In this document: in pieces, positions 38,741-47,900 of the stretch
How positions within the stretch are numbered: position 1 is the first letter of the stretch
How the letters are laid out: the number at the start of each line of letters is the position of its first letter
Source of the DNA: a virus
Lineage: Duplodnaviria > Caudoviricetes
Reading direction: 5' to 3' (one strand)
Length of the DNA stretch: 52,791 bases
IMG/VR virus record: IMGVR_UViG_3300020055_001962
Span: 1 to 52,791 of that record
Program-made: the position numbers and the translations under genes
The notes under the pieces: model-generated
Seen by the model: only the letters and a program-made list of their open reading frames with translations
The model's database searches: none
What the model was told of the DNA's origin: nothing

Positions 38741-40546
38741 ATGATTGAACGTGACGATTTAGGATTTTTAGAAAATGTTTTTAGTTTACAACCTAAAACG
38801 ACGGATGTTGACTTATTTTTCTTAAGATCTATCTTAACAGCGATGAGAGACAACGAAGAAAGGTCAGAAGATATTAAAGACTCTTTCAGTAGAAATCAAT
38901 ATGCTGCAAAAGAAAAACTTGTTGGATTACTCGATCAAATTGGAGTATTTGATAAACCTGTAAATGCAGTTATCTTTGGTTGTTGGTATGGAAGTGTTAT
39001 TATACCCATGCTAACAAAGAAGAAAGTAAAAAGTATAGTTGGTATTGATCAAGATGAAGATGTAATACGTATTGCAAAAAACAAGTTTTGGGCAAACAAC
39101 GAAAAAGTCGAGCTTGTTAATGGTAATGTGTTTGGCGAATATCGTAAAAAATATGAAAAAGCAAACCTTTTTATAAACACATCTTGTGAACATATGCCTC
39201 CAATGAAAGATTGGCCTTTCTGGTCAAAGTTAAGGCATGACACTTATTTTGCATTTCAGTCAAATAACATGTACGGAATTGAAGGTCATATCAATTGCGT
39301 TAAAACTATTGAAGATTTTAAAGATCAGTTGCCAGAGCATGCAGAAGTTTTATTACAAGATGAACTAGAAGATGAAAGAGGAACTCGATTTACTCTTGTC
39401 GGAAGAATATTTAATCCAGAACATGATATTGTAACTCCAGATCTTGTTCCTGCAATGATAACAGATTCTTTTAGAAATAACCATTTTAGATCTAAACAAA
39501 GACTTGTATCGTTTTTAGAAAAAAATAAGATTTTAGACAGAGGCGTAACTAACGTAACAGTGTTTGGTGGCTGGAATGGAAGTTTAGTAGCATCATTTCT
39601 ATCAGAAAAGGTAAAAGATATAACATTAATTGATAGTAATAATCTTGTACTACGGAATGTTAGAAATCAAGTGTTGTCCAATTATAAAAACATAGATTAT
39701 ATTTTTGGTGATGCGTTTAGCAAAAGTAATTTAAAACGGTTAGAAGAAAGTCACGTTATAATTAATACAGCATGTGAACACATGCCGCCAATGAAATATT
39801 GGCCTTTTTGGAAAAAAATGAAACCCGGAACTTATGTTGCATTTCAGTCTAACAATATAAAAAAAGACGGGCATACAAATGCTGCTAAATCACTAGAAGA
39901 TTTTAAAAATCAGTTACCATCAAACTTAATCATTCTCTATGATGACGAAATACGAGAATCATTTGGAGATAGATATACTATTGTAGGAATGTTACCAATT
40001 CCTGATGGAACACCAAATTATATAATAAGACAAAAACAAGACAGCGAAAATAAAAGAAATAAACTACTTTCTAAAATTAAGGGTTTTGAAATTAATAATG
40101 AAACTGAAGTTGTAGTTTTTGGTGCAAAGTCAAGTTCTAAATTTATATTAGATTTAGCATCCAATGCAAAGCGGGTGACATTATTAGACCTTGATGATGA
40201 TTTAACAAAATATCTTGAAAAAGACATTTTTACAGATCTTAATAATGTTGATTTTATACACGACAATGCATGGACCAAAGATGCTTCAAGATATAAAGAT
40301 GCTGGAGTGTTTATTAATACAATTTGTGAACACATGCCGCCAATGAAGGATTGGCAAATAATGCCTTGGTTCCAGCCAGGCACATATGTTGTTTTTGAAT
40401 CAAATAATAATCCAAACGAGTTGCATACTAATGGTGTAGGTTCTCTAAAAGAATTTAGAGAGCAACTGCCTAAAAACATTAGAGTTTTAGCAGAAGATGA
40501 TACAGATAATTTAATTATTGTAGGTAAAATTTTGGAAGGCAAATAG
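38741..40546 (+). CDS. Protein with three tandem class I SAM-dependent methyltransferase-like domains
   Basis: Three repeats of (I/V)FG..., INTxCEHMPPM and F(Q/E)SNN. Confidence 0.75.
   Translation: MIERDDLGFLENVFSLQPKTTDVDLFFLRSILTAMRDNEERSEDIKDSFSRNQYAAKEKLVGLLDQIGVFDKPVNAVIFGCWYGSVIIPMLTKKKVKSIVGIDQDEDVIRIAKNKFWANNEKVELVNGNVFGEYRKKYEKANLFINTSCEHMPPMKDWPFWSKLRHDTYFAFQSNNMYGIEGHINCVKTIEDFKDQLPEHAEVLLQDELEDERGTRFTLVGRIFNPEHDIVTPDLVPAMITDSFRNNHFRSKQRLVSFLEKNKILDRGVTNVTVFGGWNGSLVASFLSEKVKDITLIDSNNLVLRNVRNQVLSNYKNIDYIFGDAFSKSNLKRLEESHVIINTACEHMPPMKYWPFWKKMKPGTYVAFQSNNIKKDGHTNAAKSLEDFKNQLPSNLIILYDDEIRESFGDRYTIVGMLPIPDGTPNYIIRQKQDSENKRNKLLSKIKGFEINNETEVVVFGAKSSSKFILDLASNAKRVTLLDLDDDLTKYLEKDIFTDLNNVDFIHDNAWTKDASRYKDAGVFINTICEHMPPMKDWQIMPWFQPGTYVVFESNNNPNELHTNGVGSLKEFREQLPKNIRVLAEDDTDNLIIVGKILEGK
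39773..40347 (+). repeat. Intragenic direct repeat TGTGAACACATGCCGCCAATGAA at 39773-39795 and 40325-40347 (diverged copy from 39185)
   Basis: 23-bp identical repeat encoding CEHMPPMK in methyltransferase domains 2 and 3. Confidence 0.85.
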
Positions 40547-41170
40547 ATGTATGAAAATTCTACACTATATTCTGCATTAACAAGATTTGGAGATTATTAT
40601 CCTCTAAGGCTTGAATACAATGTAGACAATATTATTGAAGAACTAGAAGAAAAATTTGAGTGGGTTCAGTACAACCCACGTAAAAAGAATGATCGATACG
40701 GATTAAGTATTACTAGTTTAGACGGAGGTTTGTCAGGAAGACCTGATCTTGACTCCTTGTACGAATATTATAATGAAACAGGTATTGCTCTACACGATTG
40801 GGACTTCAATAAAAAAACTCCAATATATTCATATTTTGAACAATGGCTAAATCCTTTCGAAAAATGGTTAGGACGTACCCACGTTATTAAACTTAACGCA
40901 GGAGGGTTCTTTCCTCCACACCGAGATCACAAGCATGCTAACATTGATTCTTTCAGAATCTTTTTGCCGCTAAATTATAACACCCGTGCTGCTTTCTTTT
41001 TACTAGAAGATAAAAGAATGGAATTTAAGAATGGAACAATGTATTTTATTGATACTGCTAAAATGCATACCCTATTCAACACATCAGAAACTCCTTTCTA
41101 TTTTGTTGTAGGAAACATCACACTAACTGAGGAAAGTGTCGAAACAGTGGCTAAACACTTGTTTGGGTAA
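40547..41170 (+). CDS. Aspartyl/asparaginyl beta-hydroxylase-like Fe(II)/2OG oxygenase
   Basis: GGFFPPHRD, G.MYFIDT.KMHT.FN. Confidence 0.75.
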   Translation: MYENSTLYSALTRFGDYYPLRLEYNVDNIIEELEEKFEWVQYNPRKKNDRYGLSITSLDGGLSGRPDLDSLYEYYNETGIALHDWDFNKKTPIYSYFEQWLNPFEKWLGRTHVIKLNAGGFFPPHRDHKHANIDSFRIFLPLNYNTRAAFFLLEDKRMEFKNGTMYFIDTAKMHTLFNTSETPFYFVVGNITLTEESVETVAKHLFG

Positions 41171-41177
41171 CTAAATA
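41170..41177 (+). promoter_or_regulatory. Late-promoter variant (ACTAAATA)
   Basis: CTAAATA in the short gap before the desaturase gene. Confidence 0.5.
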
Positions 41178-41196
41178 TTTTATAGACGGTAAACAT

Positions 41197-41931
41197 ATGG
41201 AAAATACAACCAAATTATTAGTTAATCATGCATTTTGTCATTTACTACTTATTCCGGCCTTCATTTACGGTGAGTGGTGGATGTTTCTTGCTGGATTTGT
41301 TTGGTGGTACGTAGTTGCTATTGTTGCTATTAGTGGCGGCTATCACAGATATTACTCACACCGTTCTTTTTCAACTGGCAAGTGGTATCCTTATATTGTT
41401 AATTTATTAGGTATGTTTAGTGGCGCTGGCCCTGTACTTTCTTGGGTAGGAGCACATCGTATGCATCACGCACATAGTGACACTGACAAAGACCCTCATA
41501 GTTATACTTTTAAAGGTTTTTGGTCAATATACTTGAATACTTGGGGGTATTCAACCCGCATTGATCGCAAGTATATGCGAGATGTTTTAAAAGACAATAC
41601 TGTACGCTGGTTTTATAAAAACTATTTTAAAATTAATTTATTAATTATTGTAGTGTTTTTTCTTATTGATCCATTGTTCTTAATTTTTGGTTATGCATTA
41701 CCTACAGTTTTTGCATTTCATGGTTATGGCTTATTAAACACTCTAGGGCACAAAAATGCACAACCAAGAAATACTTGGGTTGGAAATATTTTAACAGCTG
41801 GCGAGGGATGGCATTTAAATCACCACAAACAAGGATGGAACTGGAGACTAGGCCGAGATTGGTGGCAGTTTGATCCAACAGCAACTTTTATAAGGATGAT
41901 AAAACATGACACTACCGTATCTGGAAATTAA
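41197..41931 (+). CDS. Membrane fatty acid desaturase (Delta9/DesC-OLE1-like)
   Basis: His boxes HRYYSH, HRMHH and GEGWHLNHH; DPHS; WWQFDP; hydrophobic helices. Confidence 0.92.
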   Translation: MENTTKLLVNHAFCHLLLIPAFIYGEWWMFLAGFVWWYVVAIVAISGGYHRYYSHRSFSTGKWYPYIVNLLGMFSGAGPVLSWVGAHRMHHAHSDTDKDPHSYTFKGFWSIYLNTWGYSTRIDRKYMRDVLKDNTVRWFYKNYFKINLLIIVVFFLIDPLFLIFGYALPTVFAFHGYGLLNTLGHKNAQPRNTWVGNILTAGEGWHLNHHKQGWNWRLGRDWWQFDPTATFIRMIKHDTTVSGN

Positions 41932-41961
41932 AAATAAAATAGCACAAACGGAGTATGCACT

Positions 41962-42552
41962 GTGAAAGTTATAACACTTGAAGAATATGGTGAAAAAGAA
42001 TTTCTTTCTGAATTAAAAAGAATAAAAGAAATGAATTATGCCGGAGATCAACGTAATATAGATTGGTTTGATCGTATACCTGAAATTTATAAAACTAGAT
42101 TTCCGAATTGGTGGTTTTTAATGGATCGCAACGACAAACTTGTAATGTTTGCTACTGTACAAGAATTTTATCAAGGATGCTGGCGTTTGTTAACAAGATC
42201 GTATATTCTTCCAGAATATAGAAGACCAATTTTGCCTGATAGAGATACTATGAAAAGCCCTAGTATGTATATTATACAAGAACAAATGAATTATTTGCAA
42301 AACGTAGATTTAAGCCTATTTGGAAACGAAGTTAATACATATTTTATTTCTATGCAAGACTTAAAACGTCGGAAATCTTTGGATAGATATAGAAAAAAGT
42401 TAGGTCCAAATTGGAAATTACTTCCAACAATGATGCAAACTTGCAAAGAATGTGATGACTTAAATTGCTGGCAAAATATAATTTATACAGGAGAAGTTCC
42501 AAGAAATAATACTATGTCACTTGAGGAATGGAGAGAAAAATTTGAAGGATAA
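41962..42552 (+). CDS. GNAT-like acyltransferase (putative)
   Basis: GTG start with GGAG RBS; KLVMFA...RLLTRSYILPEYR resembles GNAT motif A. Confidence 0.5.
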   Translation: MKVITLEEYGEKEFLSELKRIKEMNYAGDQRNIDWFDRIPEIYKTRFPNWWFLMDRNDKLVMFATVQEFYQGCWRLLTRSYILPEYRRPILPDRDTMKSPSMYIIQEQMNYLQNVDLSLFGNEVNTYFISMQDLKRRKSLDRYRKKLGPNWKLLPTMMQTCKECDDLNCWQNIIYTGEVPRNNTMSLEEWREKFEG

Positions 42553-42556
42553 TACT

Positions 42557-43210
42557 ATGACAGAAAAATGTTTAGTCGAACGCACAAGAAGAGACCGTGT
42601 TAATGGTACAGGCCCGAAAAGAAACCAACTAGTAACTTTTAAAAAACTAGGAGAAGTTTCGGATGAAACATATGAGTATCTTAACAAATTTTTAATTGAC
42701 AACCCGCACAGTGACATTGGTAGTGATGACTATTCTATCAGTCGTAGTTGTAATTATGAAAAAGTATTTAATGTAGGACAGAGTTATAGACAGGTCATAT
42801 TGCAGAGAAATTCTTCAAATAATCATTACACAGTTGATGAGTACATTTATAAGAAATGGATACCAGGTAGTGAAATAGTACAAGAAGAAATGAAAGGTTT
42901 TTTCAATAACGTTTATAGATTCAGACTAAGTGAAATGCAGCCAGAACATACGCTTAATTGGCACATAGACGCTGATACAAGCGTCATATGCCGTGCTCAA
43001 ATATGTTTGAACGAAAACAATAGTACTTTTTTGTTTAAGGATAAGCAGGGCGTACACGAGTTTCAAATGAAACCAAAGGAACTTTGGTTCGTAAACACAG
43101 GGTGGTCACACACTGTAACAAATGATGCTGGTAATGTAAGAAAAGTTGCAATACTAGGATTTCACTATGATGATTTAAGACCAGATTTACAAAAGGAGAT
43201 AACTCTATAA
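42557..43210 (+). CDS. Asp/Asn beta-hydroxylase-like Fe(II)/2OG oxygenase
   Basis: RFRLSEM.P...WHID, ELWFVNTGWSHTV.N...R; start moved to ATG 42557. Confidence 0.78.
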   Translation: MTEKCLVERTRRDRVNGTGPKRNQLVTFKKLGEVSDETYEYLNKFLIDNPHSDIGSDDYSISRSCNYEKVFNVGQSYRQVILQRNSSNNHYTVDEYIYKKWIPGSEIVQEEMKGFFNNVYRFRLSEMQPEHTLNWHIDADTSVICRAQICLNENNSTFLFKDKQGVHEFQMKPKELWFVNTGWSHTVTNDAGNVRKVAILGFHYDDLRPDLQKEITL

Positions 43211-44055
43211 TGGAAGTAGTTCGTTCGTTACCTGGAGTAGGTATAGAATATAAATTAAATTTTAATTCTATGACCAAAGACGAAATAAAAGAATTTGGCA
43301 GACGCATACCAAAAGATAATGTTATTGTTGTACGTAACCAAGATCTTACAGATGAAAAAGTGTTAGAAGTTTGCGAAACAATTGGTCGTTGTATGAAACC
43401 AAAACAATTTTTTATGCACAACAAAGTACCAGGTTTATTTAGAGTTACTAACGAAAGAGATGAACATGGTGAAAAAACAGGACTGTTTGCAGACAAAGAA
43501 CTAGACTGGCACAGCAACGGCAACGGACGTCCAAGCGGAATGGAAGCATGTGTAGCACTATATTGTGTTAGACCCGGTGTAGACAGCGTTACGAGCTTCT
43601 GTGACACCAGACAAGCATACATTGACTTGCCTGATGATATCAAAGAAATAGTAGATGATGTAGAATGTTTGTTTAAATTTGAAAACAATACATTTTACGA
43701 TCTAGAAGAAGATGACAAAGAGCTAGTTATATTTGAACAGCATCCTGACTTTGTAGATGGGGTTAACAAGAGTCTAGTATATACACATCCGTGGACTGGA
43801 GAAAAAGGTTTGTATTTTACGTTCCATTATATTAGAAAAATGTGGCGCAAAGATGGTACACCCCTCGACCAAGAATGGCTCAAACAATATCTGTTAGATC
43901 ATGTTTTCCAAGAAAAGTACATTTACCATCACGATGATTGGAAACCAGGTGATTTTGTGTTCATGGATCAGTTCCATAGTATTCATAAACGCAATGAAGT
44001 AAAAGGTGATAGATTGCTGTATAGACTATCTTTTGACTATAAGAAGGTGTTTTAA
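43210..44055 (+). CDS. TauD/TfdA-family dioxygenase with atypical HxN motif
   Basis: VVRNQ, LDWHSNG, T.FCDT..AY, HPWTGEK.LY, W.PGD.V.MD...IHKR, RLLYR. Confidence 0.85.
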   Translation: MEVVRSLPGVGIEYKLNFNSMTKDEIKEFGRRIPKDNVIVVRNQDLTDEKVLEVCETIGRCMKPKQFFMHNKVPGLFRVTNERDEHGEKTGLFADKELDWHSNGNGRPSGMEACVALYCVRPGVDSVTSFCDTRQAYIDLPDDIKEIVDDVECLFKFENNTFYDLEEDDKELVIFEQHPDFVDGVNKSLVYTHPWTGEKGLYFTFHYIRKMWRKDGTPLDQEWLKQYLLDHVFQEKYIYHHDDWKPGDFVFMDQFHSIHKRNEVKGDRLLYRLSFDYKKVF

Positions 44056-44688
44056 ATGAGAGAGTTACGTTATAGATATGAAGATAGGTTTGCAGAAACA
44101 CAAGGATATGATGATTTTCAAGCAGACAAACTAGAACTTCTAGAGTTTTACGAAACAAAAGTTAAGCCTAAATTTGAAGCATCACACGATGTTCTTAAGC
44201 GTGATCAAGACGACCAAATAGTACATCATTTGTGCTATGATTGTAATATGAATCTTTGGAGAGAGGTTTACGAACGTGTAAAAAATATTGCTGATAAGAG
44301 TGGAGTATACATTAACTGGGAGCAAATTAAACATGTAATAAAATTTACATTTTTAGGACAACCTCCAGGTGGATATTTCATGCCGCATGTTAATTACAAC
44401 TTGTTAGCATTAAGTGCATTTAATATACCATTAAAAGGAAAAACTGAAATAGCATTGTTTCAGGATAATGAAACTGAAATAACACGTCATGAATATTTTA
44501 ATCCTTGCTTTTTAAATGTTAATAGACCTCATGCTGTTTTTAACGATATGCCTACCGAACGTCTAATATTAAAAACACACATGACAGTTGTGCCTTGGCA
44601 CAAACTAGTAGAAACTTATGAAACAGGAAATAAGTTTGAACTTTTTGATGAACCAGCACCTTGGGAATCAGTTGAAAGAAGGTGGTAG
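44056..44688 (+). CDS. Fe(II)/2OG oxygenase-like (cupin) protein with atypical HxN motif
   Basis: PPGGYFMPHVN, AFNIPL, P.FLNV..PHAV.N...R. Confidence 0.6.
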   Translation: MRELRYRYEDRFAETQGYDDFQADKLELLEFYETKVKPKFEASHDVLKRDQDDQIVHHLCYDCNMNLWREVYERVKNIADKSGVYINWEQIKHVIKFTFLGQPPGGYFMPHVNYNLLALSAFNIPLKGKTEIALFQDNETEITRHEYFNPCFLNVNRPHAVFNDMPTERLILKTHMTVVPWHKLVETYETGNKFELFDEPAPWESVERRW

Positions 44689-44689
44689 A

Positions 44690-45364
44690 ATGGATTTTAC
44701 ATTTTGTGCTATTGACATAGGCATTACACAGGACGAAAAGCAAACAATTTTAGAAGAACTGTTAACAGTACCGGATGAGTTTTATCAGTCTAATAGTTTT
44801 AGAGGATGTCGAATTTTACCTATATACAATGGCGGTGGACTTAGAGGTCAAAGAGAAGAAACAGGCGATACTACTGTAGGTGATTTTGTTTATACAGATG
44901 TTGAACCATTCATACAAAAAAGTATAAAAATATTTGAAGAAAAAATATTCCCATGGATGGAACCAGTTGGCAGATTAAATTTGTTGCGTACAGCACCCGG
45001 CTTAGGTCTAAACACACACTTAGATACAAAAGCAGAAGAAGTAGGAACAAGACAACACAAATATAGATTAGTACTTAATGGAAAAATTGATAAATTATTC
45101 TTTCTAGATAAAAATGGAAACAAAATTTATGTTCCACAGTGTTATGACAGTTATGTATTAGACGGAAGCCACCCTCATAGTTTAGATCCAGGCGAAGAAG
45201 AAAAAATTACACTTTGCATAGGAAGACCTTGGGACGGACATCCAACAGATAAGTACACAGAATTTTTACAAAATGCACTTTTTACAATGAAAGTTAGCAG
45301 ACCAGAAAAAATAGAGGAGAGCTGGGTTGACCCATATTTCAGATACACCACAAGAGATTCTTAA
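44690..45364 (+). CDS. Fe(II)/2OG oxygenase-like protein
   Basis: PG...NTHLD, YVLDGSHPH; start moved to ATG 44690. Confidence 0.6.
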   Translation: MDFTFCAIDIGITQDEKQTILEELLTVPDEFYQSNSFRGCRILPIYNGGGLRGQREETGDTTVGDFVYTDVEPFIQKSIKIFEEKIFPWMEPVGRLNLLRTAPGLGLNTHLDTKAEEVGTRQHKYRLVLNGKIDKLFFLDKNGNKIYVPQCYDSYVLDGSHPHSLDPGEEEKITLCIGRPWDGHPTDKYTEFLQNALFTMKVSRPEKIEESWVDPYFRYTTRDS

Positions 45365-46112
45365 TAAGTGTCAATGGGACGGCTTTTGGATTCAGCGTGG
45401 CATTGATTTTAATAGACAAGAGTTTTTAGATTTTTGTAGCAGTGTTTCTACACCATGGACTGAAAATATATACGAACTGCACTCTGAATCAACAGATGAA
45501 GATGAGTTAGTATTATGGTCGAGTAAATCTAGATTTGGAGGTCTTAGTCTTCCTTGGCACTCAGATAATGCTTGGCATCCTGAATACAGATTTCCGTTAA
45601 GGGTTTTATATGCTATAACTACACATTCTGATGATGAAATTCATTTTTTAAATACTGCTAAATGGTTTCACGATCAATCAGAAGACATGCAAGAATATTT
45701 AAGATCGTTAAAAGTTCTAACACAGTGTTACAAAGGTGGATGTCAGCCTTTTTGGGGACCTTTCATTAAAAAGCATCCTATTACAGGTAGAGAAAATTTT
45801 CATTGGGGAGCAATGAGAGTTGGCGGCAGAAATGTTTTTGGTTTGCAACATCCCGAAGGCTGGCCGGCTCCTAGATTTAGTTTTACAATGGCAATAGAAA
45901 AGCCTAATAGAGATTTAGTATTAGACGATGAAATTTGTGATTGGTTTGAATCTATGTTAGATGAAAAGTATTTTTACACACATAAATATCAAAAGGGCGA
46001 TATTGTTATCATCGACAACTCAGTTTCTATGCACTATCGAGGACCTCTTGTTGAAGATACTGAACGGCTTTTTTGGCGTAAAACGTTATTACAACCTTGG
46101 CAAACATTATGA
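45327..46112 (+). CDS. TauD/TfdA-family dioxygenase
   Basis: LPWHSD, HPITGRE, H.YQKGDIVIIDN..MHYR, RLFWR. Confidence 0.85.
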   Translation: MTHISDTPQEILNKCQWDGFWIQRGIDFNRQEFLDFCSSVSTPWTENIYELHSESTDEDELVLWSSKSRFGGLSLPWHSDNAWHPEYRFPLRVLYAITTHSDDEIHFLNTAKWFHDQSEDMQEYLRSLKVLTQCYKGGCQPFWGPFIKKHPITGRENFHWGAMRVGGRNVFGLQHPEGWPAPRFSFTMAIEKPNRDLVLDDEICDWFESMLDEKYFYTHKYQKGDIVIIDNSVSMHYRGPLVEDTERLFWRKTLLQPWQTL

Positions 46113-47476
46113 AAATAGCATTAGTATCGATGCCTAGTCAAAATTACTGGCATCCTGCACCTAGTATAGTATTTTTAAAAGGACTTCTTAATAGAGAAGG
46201 AATTAACAGTACTTGCTTTGACTTGAATCATGCATTTCTAACTGAGTTTGGTGACGATGCTATTGACTGGTGTGAAACAGCACAAAATTATAATCCAAAG
46301 TATGCAGATTTTGTTGAAGAATACGCAGAGCGTTTTGTTGGTTATGATTACATTGGTGCTAGTGTGTTTACACTAAACAGTCAAATATTTACTAGATTGT
46401 TTTGTAGAATTATTCGAACAAAGTTTCCTAACACTAAAATTATTTTAGGTGGCGCAGGCATTACTAATAATCATAGTGACCTTAGCGATATAAGTATGCA
46501 TTTTGGCGAAGATATGTTAAAAGCAAACTTAGCAGACTATGTTGTTAAGGGTGAAGGAGACAAAGCATTACCTGCATTACTTAGAGGTGAAAAATATGAA
46601 TTTCCTCAAATGGATGATTTATCGAATCTTCCAATACCGGATTATAGTGATATTGACTTTGCTTTGTATTCTAAACCTACTCTTGTTGTTACGGGAAGTA
46701 GGGGCTGTGTAAGACAATGTACTTTTTGTGACGTACACGCAAATTGGAAAAAGTACCGTTATCGCCCAGGTGAAGAAGTTGCTAATGAAATTATTCATCA
46801 GTATTATACATATGGTATTAAGCATTTCCATTTTAGTGATAGTTTAGTAAATGGTTCTTTGAAAGAATTTAGAGTGTTTTGTAAAACACTTGCAAAGGCC
46901 AAACTGCCTATAGAATGGAGAGGTCAGTTTATTTTCCGTAGTGGTATGACTGAAGAAGATTGGGATAATCTAGCAGCAAGCGGTTGCAAAGGACTTTGGA
47001 TAGGAATTGAAAGCGGCAGCGATGCTGTACGCTGGCATATGAAAAAGAAGTTTACTAATAAGGATATGTACGAAAGTGTACATGCCCTTGGTAAACGCAA
47101 AATTAATATGTTATATCTTCTTATAGTAGGTTATCCTACAGAAACAGAAGAAGACTATGAAGAAACATTAGAGCTGCTAAGACAGTCAGTTCCTTACAAA
47201 GACTATGTTGAAGTTAGATGTAATATTGCAATGCTTATGCCTGATACAGAAATATTTGAAGATAAAAACCTATGGCACGGCGAAGTACAATTATGGCGTA
47301 GTTGGACCAAAGACGGTGAACTTACTTATAGAGTAAGATATGAGCGTTGGAAAAATTTGCACAATCTTGTAAAAGAATTAGGATTAACTGGCGATAAACG
47401 TATTAAGCAACAAGAAAAACTAATATTGCGTAAACTGGAAAAAGAAAATGAAAGAATATTACTTAACAACGTTTGA
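46109..47476 (+). CDS. Cobalamin-binding (class B) radical SAM protein, probable methyltransferase
   Basis: B12-domain motifs ASVF, ILGG and GEGD; SRGCVRQCTFC; GIESGS; VGYPTET. ATGA-coupled start at 46109. Confidence 0.9.
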   Translation: MKIALVSMPSQNYWHPAPSIVFLKGLLNREGINSTCFDLNHAFLTEFGDDAIDWCETAQNYNPKYADFVEEYAERFVGYDYIGASVFTLNSQIFTRLFCRIIRTKFPNTKIILGGAGITNNHSDLSDISMHFGEDMLKANLADYVVKGEGDKALPALLRGEKYEFPQMDDLSNLPIPDYSDIDFALYSKPTLVVTGSRGCVRQCTFCDVHANWKKYRYRPGEEVANEIIHQYYTYGIKHFHFSDSLVNGSLKEFRVFCKTLAKAKLPIEWRGQFIFRSGMTEEDWDNLAASGCKGLWIGIESGSDAVRWHMKKKFTNKDMYESVHALGKRKINMLYLLIVGYPTETEEDYEETLELLRQSVPYKDYVEVRCNIAMLMPDTEIFEDKNLWHGEVQLWRSWTKDGELTYRVRYERWKNLHNLVKELGLTGDKRIKQQEKLILRKLEKENERILLNNV

Positions 47477-47900
47477 AACCAAATACGGTGATTTCTTTCA
47501 AGATTATTTAACAAACAAACAGAAAAGATTTCAAACTTTTTTACAAGGTGAAGATTTTTGGAAAACATACGTAAGTACATACAAATGGGCAAAAAAGCAA
47601 GGAATACTGCTTTTAAGAGCCAAAGTAATAGAAGGTAACGAATTCACTTTGTTTCAAATTTGGGAAAGTGAACAGTCTAGAAAAGAGTTTGATAGCAAAG
47701 TAGACGAAGATTATTTTTTAGAAAACTTCAAGTTTGAATATACTAGAAGCAATAAAACAATAAATGAAAAGCAAAAACTAGAACTAATAAAACAAATTAT
47801 GTCTAGTAATTCAATCTTACAATGGGTACATCCAGATCATAGAGTAACCGGTATGACTATTGGTGACCCTCTTAAGAATGATTCTTTGGTAACGGTATAG
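47448..47900 (+). CDS. Hypothetical protein, possible ABM/dimeric alpha-beta barrel
   Basis: FTLFQIWESEQSR resembles the ABM WES motif. Confidence 0.45.
   Translation: MKEYYLTTFETKYGDFFQDYLTNKQKRFQTFLQGEDFWKTYVSTYKWAKKQGILLLRAKVIEGNEFTLFQIWESEQSRKEFDSKVDEDYFLENFKFEYTRSNKTINEKQKLELIKQIMSSNSILQWVHPDHRVTGMTIGDPLKNDSLVTV

Noticed and set aside
40018-43688. Longer antisense ORFs 40018..40542 and 43035..43688
   Set aside because: They lie opposite well-supported methyltransferase and oxygenase genes and have no recognisable motifs
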